A stretch of 64,000 bases of DNA from positions 54,783,317-54,847,316 of the forward strand of contig NC_090376.1 in assembly GCF_036365525.1 (NCBI RefSeq), in the 5' to 3' direction. Shown one piece after another: positions 47,701 through 60,608 of this stretch. The DNA comes from Heterodontus francisci (taxonomy: Eukaryota). Position numbers and translations under genes: made by a program. Position 1 is the stretch's first letter. Each line of letters opens with the position of its first letter. Below the pieces are notes generated by a model. That model was not told the origin of the DNA, did not search any database, and worked only from the letters and a program-made list of their open reading frames with translations.

Positions 47701-49339
47701 GATGGTCACCAATCTCTCGATGGAGGAAGACATGTGCCAGAGACATGGCAGCACTCATGGCCTGGATGGATTCCTCCATTGTCCGCGCATAGGTGCACAT
47801 AGCCTAAGAAGCTCTGCCAGATGTTCCGTCATCTTTCGCTGCAGCTGCAGGAGATGCCATGTTGCGACCAACTCTGGAGGCACATCATCAGCCTGGGACT
47901 CAGCATGGGCCTGGCCTCACACAGTCCTCTGACTGTCAGTGGATTCAGCTGTTACAGCCTCCATCCTCTGCTCGGGTGCGTCTGTGATGTGCTTACCAGC
48001 TTGTGACCATGAATCTAATCGCGACTGCATACCCACCAACACGAGAGTATCTGAGCCGGTGGAGAGTGCGGGGAAATGATATGATGCTGCAACCTCTGAG
48101 GATCCCTCCTCCTCCTCAGAGATGGCTGGCTGGCACCCGGTCCCTTGATGTCTTCTGGCCTCGGCTTGACTCTGACCTGCATGAGAGAGCATAAATATGT
48201 AAAGGTTAAGGGCTTCCCATTTCCTCATCCCAACCATGCTTGCTGTGGAGCTCCATATGTCCATGTCGGTCACACGAGCACTATGCTTTGTGCATGCCAG
48301 ATGCATCTTAACTCTTCATTTTGGTTTGGCGCTCCTGTCTTGCCAGCAGTGATTGCATGGTTGCCCTGATGCCCTGCGAATTGCAAGGCCTCCTCCTCCA
48401 TGGGGGTAGATGTGGAGGTACAGCATCCCTCAACCAGTCTTGGCCCTCTCTTTGTTACTGTGTGTCATCTTCTGCTGCATGCACAAAAAGGAAGACTGTT
48501 AGTTTCCCCATGGAGACGAGAACAACACTTATGCTGGTGGAGCCCAGAGGGCCATGATGGGGGCACACTAATGCCATCTGAATACTGCCACTCTCAAGGG
48601 ACCTTGTGTGAGTCAGCAAAGATAGGCGGGCACCTCTCATCGAGCCACAGCAATGCCTCAGACAGAATATGCTGCTACCTAATGACTGGGCGATCACTCC
48701 CTCTCTACCAAGTGCACCCTATTGTGTTGTGACATGCAAACGCCAAAGGGAAAAGAGGTATAGCAGAGCGAATGAGGTCGTTGACACTCTTGCATCACTG
48801 GATCCAGGTTCAAGGGGTGCCCCCATGGCTGCTGACCTCCTCTGCAATCTCCATCCAGGCTTGCTTAGTCAACGTGGCCCTTTCCTCCCAACCCTGGGAA
48901 AGAGGACCTCCTGACTTGACCTTACAGAGTGGAGGAGAACCTGCAGGGAGGCATCGCTGAACCATGGGCCACCCGGGATCTTCCTTCTGGCATTGTTGAT
49001 GTAACCTTGCGGGGAGCTCCTTGGTTGGTTTAGAGTCTTCAGTCAAGGGAGCAACAGCAGCAACAGCAACAGCAGCAGGATGGCTCAAGGCAGCAGTAGC
49101 AGGAAGGAGTCCTTTGTTCAGGCAGCAATGAATGCAAAGCTGGCAGTCCTCTAAATATGGTGCCAGCACCTGCCGGGACCTCAGCTGATGCCGACCTTGC
49201 TGCCTGGCTTCCTTCCTCGGGCTCGGGATTGGACGGCCTCCACGCCTCGTGTTCCTTAATTCATTAATGGCCAAACGGAAATGGCATTAGCTTCCGGTGC
49301 CACCGCCGTGACTTTCGCCTTTAGGACAAAATTCAGCCC
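44797..49339 (-). mobile_element. PIF/Harbinger remnant with Myb/SANT-like gene, LINE inserted
   Basis: LTKQAWMEIAEEVSSHG..WIQ at ~48770-48900. Terminus AAAATTCAGCCC at 49328-49339 and a similar GGCCAGATTTT at ~44798. Confidence 0.65.
45168..46912 (-). mobile_element. CR1-Zenon-like LINE, RT and 3' end, frameshifted
   Basis: ORFs 46618-46827, 46081-46293, 45890-46072 (MFTDDCT), 45483-45863 and 45230-45589. A-rich tail. Confidence 0.88.
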
Positions 49340-49396
49340 ACCTAATTAAAGGGCTGTCAGCATTATATAAGAAAATGTTGTGAAATATTCACAATC

Positions 49397-49413
49397 GGCC
49401 ACTAGGTGTCACT
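49397..49413 (+). promoter_or_regulatory. Candidate CTCF site
   Basis: GGCCACTAGGTGTCACT fits CCACYAGRKGGCRS with one common substitution. Motif match only. Confidence 0.4.
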
Positions 49414-49620
49414 TAACAGTGGAAAATCTCCATCCTCTGCCATAATGGAATTTGTCAGATAATCAGCATCTCTGGATTTTGGTCCTCTATGTACAGTGCA
49501 GAAAGATCCAGTCATGGCCATAGAGATAAGTAGAATTCAAATAACATAAAATTAATTCAAGCCTTTTGGCTTATTCATTTTGGCAGGGAGAGGTTGATGT
49601 TAGTGGGCTTTGCCATCTTA

Positions 49621-49941
49621 TTTTTTTTATTTTAGAGATACAGCACTGAAACAGGCCCTTCGGCCCACCAAGTCTGTGCCGACCAACAACCACCCATTTA
49701 TACTAACCCTGCAGTAATCCCATATTCCCTAACACCTACCTACACTAGGGACAATTTACAATGGCCAATTTACCTATCAACCTGCAAGTCTTTGGCTGTG
49801 GGAGGAAACCGGAGCACCCGGCGGAAACCCACGCGGTCACAGGGAGAACTTGCAAACTCCGCACAGGCAGTACCCAGAATCGAACACGGGTCCCTGGAGC
49901 TGTGAGGCTGCAGTGCTAACCACTGCGCCACTGTGCTGCCC
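49621..49941 (-). mobile_element. HE1-like SINE, full length
   Basis: GGGCAGCACAGTGGCGCAGTGGTTAGCAC head through CR1-like tail and A-rich end. Confidence 0.92.
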
Positions 49942-50009
49942 TATCTGGCAATATGTCGGAAGAGTTTTTTGTGAAAATTCTGATGGATAATCAGGAAGGT
50001 GGATAACTG

Positions 50010-52190
50010 AAATATAGGGTTACATTTTCTCATCACGCTGCTGGAAGCAGTGGCAGGTGCACAAAATGGTTGCGTTCCTGCTTGTCCTGTAATCGGCCGC
50101 GCTGCCGCAATTATGCAACAGGCGACCATTTTGCATAATGGAGGCGGCTGCCCCCCCCAGTCATGTGGCAGGGGCAGAATTGGAGATGGCATTCACACAT
50201 CATGTGATGCAGGACCAGGTGCTGGTGCCATCTTTAAAAGCCTGCATTCACTATCTCCCTGCATTTTATAGAAGCTCACTGAAGCAACAGTTCTGTGCTA
50301 TTCAAAAAAGTTAAAACTCAGTAAGCTGCCCCACTGGGCATCCTTTTGATCATGTCAGAGGTCCAAGCAATGTTGGCCCCAAGGTTCAGTGATGCCTCCC
50401 TGCTTCTTCTCCTCCAGGCTGCAAGGGAAAGGCTGGAGGTCCTTTTCCCCAGCAATGGTGAGAAAACGTCCTCCCGCCTGACCAAGCAAACCTGGATGGA
50501 GATCGCAGAGGAGGTTAGTAGCCGTGGGGGTCACCAGACGAAACTGGGTGCAATGTCGGAAGTGGGTCAATGACCTCCTGCGTTCAGCAATGTTAAGTGG
50601 CACGTTCCAAAATTGCTTGGTGTTTGGCAGTTATCCAGGGCCTTGGTGAGACCACATCTGGAGTATTGTGTACAGTTTTGGTCGCCTTATCTGAGGAAGG
50701 ATGGTCTTGCCATGGAGGGAGTGCTAAGATGATTTACTAAGCTGATTCCTGGGATGGCAGGATTGACGTATGAGGAGAAATTGGGTCGACTAGGCCTACA
50801 TTCACTAGAGTTTAGAAGAATGAGAGGGGATCTCATAGAAACCTATGAAATTCTAACAGGACTAGACAGGCTAGATGCAGGGAGGATGTTCCCGATGGGT
50901 GGGATGTCCAGAACAAGGGGTCACAGTCTCAGGATATGGAGTGTGCCATTTAGAACCGAGATGAGGAGAAATTTCTTCACTCAGAGATTGGTCAACCTGT
51001 GGCATTCTCTACTGTAGAAGGCAGTGAAGGCCAAGTCATTAAATATATTCAAGAAGGAGATAGATATATTTCTTCATGCCAAAGGGATCAAGGGGAGAAA
51101 GCGGGAACAGGGTACTGAATTAGATGATCAGCCATGATCTTTTTTGAATGGCGGAGCAGGCCCAAAGGGCCAAATAGCCTACTCCTGCTCCTATTTTCTA
51201 TGTTTCTATGATCTGGTTGTCACAGCACGGTATGCCACATGGGTGTCACTGCCATTTCAAAGACAGGGAGATCACAGCAGATTGATTGCAGATGACTGGC
51301 TGCATAAGTGAATCAAGTCTCCCTTGTTAATATCTCAGAGCAAGTGAGACCCATGACAGGTTGAGTTAGTATGCCAGAAAAAGCATCCCCCAGATGGTGA
51401 TGAAGCGCCCATGGTAGTAGAACCATGAGTTGACGTTTGGCAATGTTCAATATCTGCATCCTTGCTCTTTCAGGAGAAGAAGGTCCATAACAGGAGGAAG
51501 ACTGCCAGGACAGGTGGCGGAGTACCCAACCTGTGTCCTTTAAGTCAGGCCGAAGAGGAGGCATTGCAACTAGCCAGGAGTCAAAGAGGATGTGCCATCT
51601 CAGACATGGAGCTCGGAGTCCCAGCGCAAGAGTGTGATTATTGCTGATTAGAATCAAATGCAATAGTCATGGTGCATTAGCTCTGGGATGCTGTACTTAA
51701 TGGGATATGTGTAGCCTAACCCACATATATGTTGTTTGCATTGTATCTTACACGTCGCTGTTCGCAGGAGACCTCAAGTGACTGACGACAACCTCTGAGG
51801 ATGAGGAGCACTCAGAGGATGCACCATCCCATGACTCTAGTGCAGATACCTTCACCTCAGTGGAAATCCACTCAGCGTTACAATCAGGGTCACAGTTTGG
51901 TAAGAGCACAACACGCGCACTCGAGCAGCTGGCTGAGGTTGCCCCAGCTAAAGCCTCTGATAGTTGGAGGACTGTGGGTGTCTAGGCCCAATTGAGTCCC
52001 AGGCTGATGAGCCTCTGGTGTTGGCAGCACAGGGCATGCTGCAGTTGCAGGGAGGGGTAAATCAACATCTGGCGGAGATGCCAGAGGCCAGGCGCAGCCT
52101 TGAGCAGATCATGGGGAAGTCCATCCATGCCATGCCTGTTGCCATGAACCAGGCATAGGAGTGCTTGGCTTCATCCATGAATTGGAAATT
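50010..52190 (+). mobile_element. PIF/Harbinger Myb/SANT-like gene remnant, with a CR1 3' fragment (50627-51211) in its intron-like region
   Basis: APRFSDASLLLLLQAARERLEVLFPSNG..LTKQTWMEIAEEVSSRG, then ttttcag|EKKVHNRRKTARTGGGVPNL..EEEAL (NAIF1/MSANTD-like). Confidence 0.78.
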
Positions 52191-52838
52191 TGCAAATTAC
52201 TTAAGGAGGGAGAGAAGAAGAAAGAAGATAACTACAAACCTGTCAGCTAACATCATTTATGGGGAAGTTAGCGGAATCTGTCATCAGGGACAGAGTGGCT
52301 GTGCAGGAGAAACCTGGAATTTTCACCCCAGAAAAGCTGTGGATACTGGACCAATTAAAATTTTCAATACTGAGGTCAATAGATTTTTTTATGTAAGGAT
52401 ATTGAGGGATATGGAAGGTGGGTAAACGGAGTTGAGGTACAGATCAGCTATGATCCAATAGAATGGCAGAACAGGCTTAATGGACTACTCCTGTTCCTAG
52501 GATCCAAATAGCTGCAGGTGAGCCTCCCTTTCAATACTGATTCAGTAGCTCTGGGAGACTACACCTGCCAGATGGTCTACCCGAAAGAACAGGATGATGA
52601 TTGAGCTCTTTCAGATTTTCATTGGTATGGAGAATTGGATTCAAGGAAGTTCTTCAGTCAGACATTGGTTTCAGGTTTAAAACTAAATGTTTCAAAAGAA
52701 AATAGCAACAAACCATCACAAACACATGGACTGAATGCCACTCCTCACTCCCCCACCCCACCACCACTCTGTGTTGTAAATTTATGCTGCTCTATATGTC
52801 TGAACTGCTATCTTTCTCTCTGCTTTATGCATAAACTC

Positions 52839-53400
52839 TGGGCTGGATTTTATTTCAGTAACGGAGGTCCCAGCGAAGGGCTGGATAACGGGGAGAGTGC
52901 AACCCTACCTCAGACTTTTATCAGGCCCCTGGCCAAATTCAGCGGTGGGCGGGGGGGCAATTAACTGCCCACCATCGGGGAAGTCTTCCACTCTAAGGGA
53001 CAAGATCCCGCCCCGAGCTTCCGACCAATCAGAGGGACTGCAGGAGGCCTGGAGCAACAAGGATGGAGGTGGCGCTAGGACCAAGGTAAGTGAGTCAGGG
53101 TAGTCGGGACCAGTTAGGCATGCCCCTTCGAGCAGTTGAGGGGCTTGTTGGTGAGGGAAGAAGGGGATCTTGCCGCGGGGGCAGCCATCACTGCCGGAGG
53201 CCCCTCCATGGGCCATCGATTGCCCCTGGACGAGAGACTCCCCCCGAGCCTGCTAGGAGGCCATCAGGTCTCAACTAGAGGTGTCTCCACCTGGCAGCAG
53301 GCCCTTCAAACATTGACTAAATGCCAGCAGAGGTAGAAGTTGGCCCTTAAGTGGCTTACTTATCCTCCCAGCAGACTTTCCATTCACCACGGTGCCCGTC
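52839..53400 (+). mobile_element. GC-rich non-autonomous element (GGGCTGGATTTT terminus); related inverted copy at ~54300-54960
   Basis: Shared ccaatcagaggg / ggcccttaagtgg / ggaccaa.gtaagtgag motifs in opposite orientations. Confidence 0.5.
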
Positions 53401-54490
53401 TATCTCCAAGGGCTGTTTCTCCTCACAATTAAGTTTCTCCTAGTGTTGCAGAATTTCGCTCTCTCCTTAACTCTGTCTCCCATATCTGAACTTTCTTTCC
53501 CTGCATATTTGAACTCTCCCCTGTCTGAGCTTTTCTTTCCTCTCTTTGAATTTCTCTCTGCCTGAACTTGTCTTTCATTTTCCCTTTCCTATGTCTGAAC
53601 TCTCTTCTGTCTGAAATTTTTTCTACCATTCGAATTTTTCTCTCTCTATCCAATCTCTCTCTTCCTGTCTGTTTGAATTCTCTTTATCTTTTCCCCATTG
53701 CCTATGGATGAGCTCTCCCTTTCTTCCTTGTGTGAACAGCGGTACGGGAGTAGTGGCATACGTTCAGAAACAATGGCATGAAGTAGTCAGCAACAGTCAG
53801 CTCTGTGTGGGAAATGCATTTAATTGTTTTTACACTGAGTGGCTAGGACACTTGAGCAGGCAGTAAGAATCAACCACATAATGTGGGACTGGAGTTACAT
53901 TCAGGCCAAACCTGAGAGGTTGTTTTTCTTTAAAGTCATCAATAAACTTTTTAACACCAGCCTGCTTATTTTCATGGCTTTTTTTGGTGCAGGCTCACAA
54001 TTATTGTATTATTGGCTATTGGTTGTTCAGGGCTGAAAGGCATTAAGAGTGAGGGAGAGAAGGGGATGGACTGGGGAGAGGGAGGGCATACTGGGGCGGG
54101 CTGTTGATGTCAGGAGAATGTGGAAGAGGAGAGACAACAGGAGAATTAGGGAAAGGAAATGTCATGGAGAGGTGATAGGGGAGGAAATGGAAGCAGGTAG
54201 GTGGTGGTGAGACGGGCGGGCTAGGAGGTGGGGGGGTGTTGCATAGAATTGTGATGGAAGGCGGGTGTCCTTCCATTGTTCCATTGTACCATTGTACCAC
54301 AATTAAGTTGGGGGTGAGAAAGGCCAAAGATGGCCTACCATCCAGAGGCCAACTGAGGCCCTTAAGTGGCCAATCACTAGTCACTGAAGGGCCTCTTTCT
54401 ACCGCTGCTGAAATTAAATCAGCGGTGGAGGAGGCCTCTGCCATGCGGGAGGTTGCGCAGTGAAACAAGGCAAGCTCCCTGCGGGCTTTG

Positions 54491-54755
54491 GAGGGGAGGC
54501 CTTCATTGTGAGCAATCTGTGGCCCACCAAGGGCCCTTGGTGACAAAGACTGCCTCTCCAGTAACAATTACCCCCGCTCCCAATGCCCACCCTCCCACCA
54601 CCCCGCCCCATCACCGAGGCAGGCCGCGGCGATGGGGCGGGGGCGTGGGAGGGTGGGCATTGAGGGCAGGGGTAGTTGCTACTGGAGGGGCAGTCTTTGC
54701 CACCAAGGGCCCTCGGTGGGCCATGGATTGCTCACAATGGAGGTGACTCCGCCTC
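54491..54755. repeat. Long imperfect palindrome (~120-130-bp arms, centre 54621-54622)
   Basis: Arms are reverse-complementary. Mirror ORFs 54414-54614(-) and 54632-54958(+) encode near-identical peptides. Confidence 0.92.
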
Positions 54756-55696
54756 ACTTAACTTTGGTCCAGGGCTCCAGTGCTGGACCTGGTCCCAGTC
54801 CTGCTGTAGTACCGAAAATGGCCACTGTTCCCAGTGGCCTGCCGATACTTCTGCGCTTCCGGCCCTCTGATTGGCTGGCAGCTCTTGGAGGCAGGGTCCC
54901 TGTCCTTGAAGGGATGGGGATCCTGGCGCCGGGCCGTTTAGTGCCCGAGCGCCGTTGAATCATGTCGGGGGAGCTCCGAAGGACTGAAGCAGGGTTCCCC
55001 TTGCCTTTTCAGCCTGGCACCAGGAGCTCCACCAGCACGACTAAATACAACCCATAGAGAACAGAACAGGGAATGAACCAGAAAAGAGGATAAATAGAAA
55101 CAAAATAAGATGGAGGGACAAGTAGAAAAGAATAGAGTCACAAGGAACCAGGAGAGGAACCAGCAACATGAAGAGGACTGTAACAGATAAGAAAGAAAAC
55201 ATAAACTGTGATTTACAGTGAGCAACACGATGGCAGACCCACTTTAAAAAAAAATCTACCAATTAATATTTTATAAACAATCCCTACCCATCTCAAATAT
55301 TTTCCTTTTCCACCAAAACTGTAAATTCTCCACTTACCATCCACACAATGTCCATTTCTTCAGCACCCTACCCTCCACATTAACATAAGCTACACCATGA
55401 GAGAGCCGCTATAGAGAAAATTCAGCAGAAAGTTGGTAGTATTGCCAAGCTGTTTTCTAGTCCACTTCTTTCCTTAGGCCCCCACAATACTACCAGCAGT
55501 GATACACTAGATACTGGTTACCATGAAAAATCATGCCCAAAATAAATACTGCAGCAAGCAAAAGTAAAATAATCACTTATAAACTTGCCTGACTTCTGTG
55601 GATCAAAATTTTTTTAAAAAAGTTCTTTTAGGCAGAGGACTGTTACGCATGAAACACACTGGATCAACTGAGATGAACTGGGATACCCTCGAGCCA

Positions 55697-56428
55697 AAGA
55701 AAGACAATTAGTCTAAGTGAACATGATTCCTCTTGACATAATTTAATACCTGAATATTTTAGAACTGGGCAATAGAGAAGCCTTGTGTGCATTAAATATA
55801 TTTGTACCATAGGTTGCATTGTTTATCTTGTGCGATAATACCCATGAGGTACAATTTTGCCAGAACTATTTTTGCTTCACATAGAATGTGTTCACTGTTT
55901 AAATTCTAATGGATGTCTGCACTAAGCAACAACCATTGCCTTAGCAACCACACTGATACTAATGAGTGGAAAAAATAAATTAATTAATTGAAAAAGCCCC
56001 TCCAAACATACCCATGACAACGATGATAGACAATTATTCATTCCTGCTTTACGAAATATTGAATTTACTGTGCCTTCACCTTTATCAACTGTTAGATTGC
56101 CCTAACTTGATTCCCATTATTTGGCTTTTTCTCAGCTGAAAACAGAAATATCAGGCTAAAATTCAATTTCCCCAGTTTTTGGCTGTGTGGGGTGGTGGAG
56201 GGAGGCAGACATCCATTAGAATTTAAACAGTGAACACATTCTATGTGAAGCAAAAATAGTTCTGGGAAAATTGTACCTCATGGGTATTATCGCATAAGAT
56301 AAATAATGTAGTCTACGTTACAAATATATTTAATGCGCACAAGGCTTCTCTATGGCCCAGTTCCAAAATATTCAGGTATTAAATTATGTTAAGAGGAATG
56401 ATGTTCACTTAGACTAATTGTCTTTCTT
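55697..56428. repeat. 224-bp inverted duplication (55697-55920 / 56205-56428)
   Basis: Manual alignment is ungapped with about 13 mismatches. Confidence 0.95.
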
Positions 56429-59400
56429 GTGCTCACATTTGTGATTCGGCTGCACCTGTTCTGTTGGAGGTGGACAACATGCAATCTTGGTGCTCGTACC
56501 TGATTGTAGTGTGCCCAGGGGGTTGTTCACTGCCAGCATCCTCTTTGTGCTGCCAGCTGCCTTTGCACCCAGCAGGGGGCCGAACAGCATTGCACTGAGA
56601 ACACATGCTGCAGCCTGCAGCAGGCTGTCCCGCTTAAAAGGAAGCTGCACTAAATAATGGTGCTAGAATTTAAAAGATGCAAAATAGAACATCAGGGCAG
56701 AGTGAAGGTTCCAGGGTGACAGATGCAGCACTGGAGGCATTAGTGCCAGAGCTGGGTAGGAAGAAAGAAGCCATGGTTTTACAGGGCGCCAGAGGCCCTA
56801 AAAGACCACCCTCAGAAGGAAGTGGAAGCAGGTGGCCAGGGAGGTCAATTCCCAGCATCTGGCCTGGAGAACCTGGCAGCTGTGCCACAAGAAGTCTAAT
56901 GACTTCACGTGTGTGGTCAAGGTCAGTACAAATCTCCTACCCACTCCACTGCTAACTTCTAATGCTGCTCAATTTACCACTTGCCCATCACTAATGCAAC
57001 AGCACTTCCAGGCTCTCAGGACTTGCGCCTAGCATCCAGAAGCTCCACCTCACCCTCACACACCTACCATTGATGCCAACCTCACACTAAACACTTGCTG
57101 CCTCCACATACCTCTAGCTATTTAGCCATGGCATGCACCTCACCCAAACAAAGTGCTATACAATCACTGACATTCTGCCCTCTCTCTTGAAGAACAAGAT
57201 GGCACACAATTAAAAGGAGAAGAGCAGAACTGACAAGGGACAAGGACATCTGCATCTCCTGAACCCTACAGTGGAGATTGCTCTTATCATCATGGGCCCA
57301 GCAACAACAGAGCCCATGGGATCCAGTATCACTGAGAACATTGAGGATGGTGGTAAGTTCCTGTCTTATGATCCTTCTCAACACCCAGCTCACCCTCATC
57401 CTACTATCTGGCATGATGAGAAAGCAGCAGATGATGTGACCATGGACCACTTGCTTCCCACCCCATCCACCTTCCCTTGTACAAACCTTCCCTTCTGATT
57501 TTCTGTCGTCAGACACCCAAAACGCGCCACCTGCCCATCCACAGCAGCCCAAGGAGGAAGAGGGAAAGCAATAGCACAGCACTGATGAAGAAGCCCTGTC
57601 ACCTGATTTGACACTTACAGCCACCAGCTGATATGTTTGCATGCTAAAATGCTTGGCGCATTGGCAGGCCTGCCTGAAAGTCTGTGGTCGATGTAATGAA
57701 GCATGGAAAAGTCTAGCACCAGGGTGTTGCACAGAGCTTGGAGCCCATCCCCTCCAGCATGAAGGTAGTGGCCAACTCCATGAGAACACTTGCGGATCCA
57801 TCCATGAGGCAGCGTCTGATGGCCAATGTCTCAGCTTCCATTGCAGCACAAGCAGAAGCCACCAAACATCTGGAAGCTCAGACTGAAATCATGCAAGATC
57901 AGTTTGCTGGCATGCAAGCTCAAATTGCTCCCATATAAGCTCAGCTTGCTGCCATGCAGGCTGAGACTGTTGCCATCATAGCTGGGATACCAGTGTTCAA
58001 AGATGCTTACAGGTTGTCACAGCAGTCCAGCAATCTGACCTCCAACACATTGCTAAGATTGTTGAGGTACTACCCCAGTGTGTGGCAGAGACACCGTGGA
58101 ACTCAAACCTGTTGTTCTCTCAGGATGACAGCATTCATGCTCCCACAACTGGCACTCCACCAGTGCCCCTGCCGTTGCCTGTCAGCCAGCCAGACTGCTG
58201 CCACCCATGCTGAGGTGGTGCAGTCCGGAGGCAGACAGCTAGAGGTGGTTGAGAATGTCCAGTGAGGCAATCTGCAGTCTTGCCCACTGAAAGTCAGCAG
58301 CCTTCCACCAGCCATGCTGCACCCACTGGGGTAGCACAGTGTAAGAGTACCAGGACAGCCAAAGGCACACTGAAGACAGGCACAAAGGGAATGCGCAGGA
58401 GTGGTTAGTTGTCTAATGCATGGAATATTGGACAGTTTTCATTCTAAATTTGGTTTAGACTGTTGGATTCATGGTGGCTTTTGTTTTAGCCTGCTGGCAA
58501 AGAGGGCACTGTGATGGTCAGTGGCAGAGGGACAGTAAGGTGTGGGACTGTTGGAAAATGAGGAATTGTGATTGCCGTCACTGATACCACAGTCATATGT
58601 TTCAATCACGGATGGCCGGCCAGAAAGGGAATGTATTGGTTGCCTCCTCCTCCTCTTTCCCCTCCTCTTCCTCAGCTGTTCACCATATATCGGAGGCGAG
58701 GGCTGTGCCCTCATGATGGCGAGGTTATGCTGCATGTAGCAGACCACTATGAGTTTTGACACACGCTTTGCCAAGTACTGAAAGCTTCTCCAGGGCAGTT
58801 CATGCAGAGGAAGCATTGTTTAAGCACTCCAATGGACTGCTTGATCCCATTTTGTGTGACAGTATGGCTTTCATTGTGCATGGGTCTCGTACCAAAGCAA
58901 TGAGTCAGGTGGTCAGCGGATAGCCCTCGTCGCCCAGTAGCCACTCTCTGGATTGTAGTGGTGGCTCAAATGCCGATGGTACAGCGCACCACCGCAGAAT
59001 GAAGGCATCATGTCTGCTGCCAGGCTACCCAGCATTGATCTGCAGTTTGCACTGGGTATGGTCACACACCAGCTGAACACGAAGGCAGTGGAAACAGCAA
59101 ATGTTGGAAATACTCAGCAGGTCAGGCAGCATCTGTGGGGAGAGAAACAGAGTTAATGTTTCAGGTCTGTGCCTTTTCATCAGAACTTTTCAGCTATTTG
59201 AGGTTAAGCTAGGGCATTAGCTGAAGCATTGAGCTCCAAAATAGCAGCATTCGCATCAGATCAGCATTGCACAGATTGACGTCACAATCTGTCTGCTCTG
59301 CATAGTTTTGGCGCATGCTCCCTACACCCATGACAACATCCTACCCAAGATGACATCTGGGGGGAAGTGTGTGCGCACAGCATGGACACCATTTTGGAAC

Positions 59401-59458
59401 AAGAACAGCACCTGTAGCACTGACAAAACGGGTGCTTCACAACTGAACTTTGCAGCAT
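56153..59458. mobile_element. PIF/Harbinger element: Myb/SANT-like gene (+, from ~56677) convergent with HARBI1-like transposase remnant (-, ~58469-59090)
   Basis: VTDAALEALV..RTWQLCHKKSNDFT on +. WLLGDEGYP, NESHTVTQNGIKQSIGVLKQCF and RVSKLIVVCYMQHNLAIMR on -. Confidence 0.82.
59092..59187 (-). mobile_element. Penelope-like terminus with hammerhead motif
   Basis: Minus strand AGTT-CTGATGA-A-AAGGC-ACA-GACCT-GAAACATTAACT plus the family tail. Confidence 0.7.
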
Positions 59459-60608
59459 TTATGTTGTTTTTCTGGACTTTAACAACATAATCTCTACCAA
59501 AGAACAGGAATATATAAGCAGCTTCTAATCAACCAAAATTTCCTTCAGCAATTAAACTTGAATCTACCTCAAGATGCACATATTTAGACTACTTCTCCAC
59601 TCATAATAAATACTAAAGCAACAGACTCAAAGATGCAGGACAGATTGAAGATAGCTAAAACCTTGGCAGCTAAAATCGTAGTTTTGCGTGAAATTCCATG
59701 GGCACTGCTACCAAATATCAGTTAGTTTATATATATTTCTGCTTATTTCAAAGCAACTATAATTTGACACATTGTTTGAAGTAAAAAAACCAAGTCATTT
59801 ATGATGTATTATCAAAGAAACCTTTATCCTTTGGGCTTTGAGAAATTAATATTGAGAATTACGTGCAGAGTTGATAGTGAAAGGCATTGTTTGAGAGTCT
59901 AAGACAGTATTCCAAATCTTTCAACACAAGCCCAAATTATATTTGAATTACAAATCATTGTTGAAAACTGTTCCATGTTTATCATTTAATACAACTGTAA
60001 ATTAACACATGATTACTTTATTCTTTGCAGCCTACATTCATCATACCAACTTTTATACTCCCACACAGCAACTGAGTCATAAGTTGCTGGTTGTATCACA
60101 GCATTTGCAAATCTTCCATAATAGTTTAACTCACAGAGGTTATATCACCAATGACAATTAGCTGCATTCGTTTCTTTGTGAACGTGAGAGGCCCATGAGC
60201 TACATCAGTGGGTCACAATAGTCTTTTACACGTGAAACAAAGGCAGAAATTTACTGTTGCAGAAATAGGAGGCCTGAAAGAAATGAAGACTTGCATTTAT
60301 ATAGTGTCTTTCACAACCACAGGATGTCTCAAAGCACTTTACAGCCAATGAAGTACTTTTGAAATGTAGTCACTGGTGTAACGTAGGAAACACGGCAGCC
60401 AATTTTATGCATAGCAAGCTCCCACAAACAGCAATGTGAAAATGTTTTTGTGATGTTAGTTGAGGGATAAATATTGGGCAGGACACTGGGGATAACTCCC
60501 CTGCTCTTCTTAAAAATAGTGCCATGGGATCTTTTATGTCCACCTGAAAGGGCAGACAGGGCCTTAATTTTAATAACTCATCCGAAAGACAGCACTTCTG
60601 ACAGTGTA

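Noticed and set aside
55590-56135. Minus-strand exon-like segments as a coding gene
   Set aside because: Stops occur in every frame and no family is recognisable. Mentioned only as possible non-coding exons.
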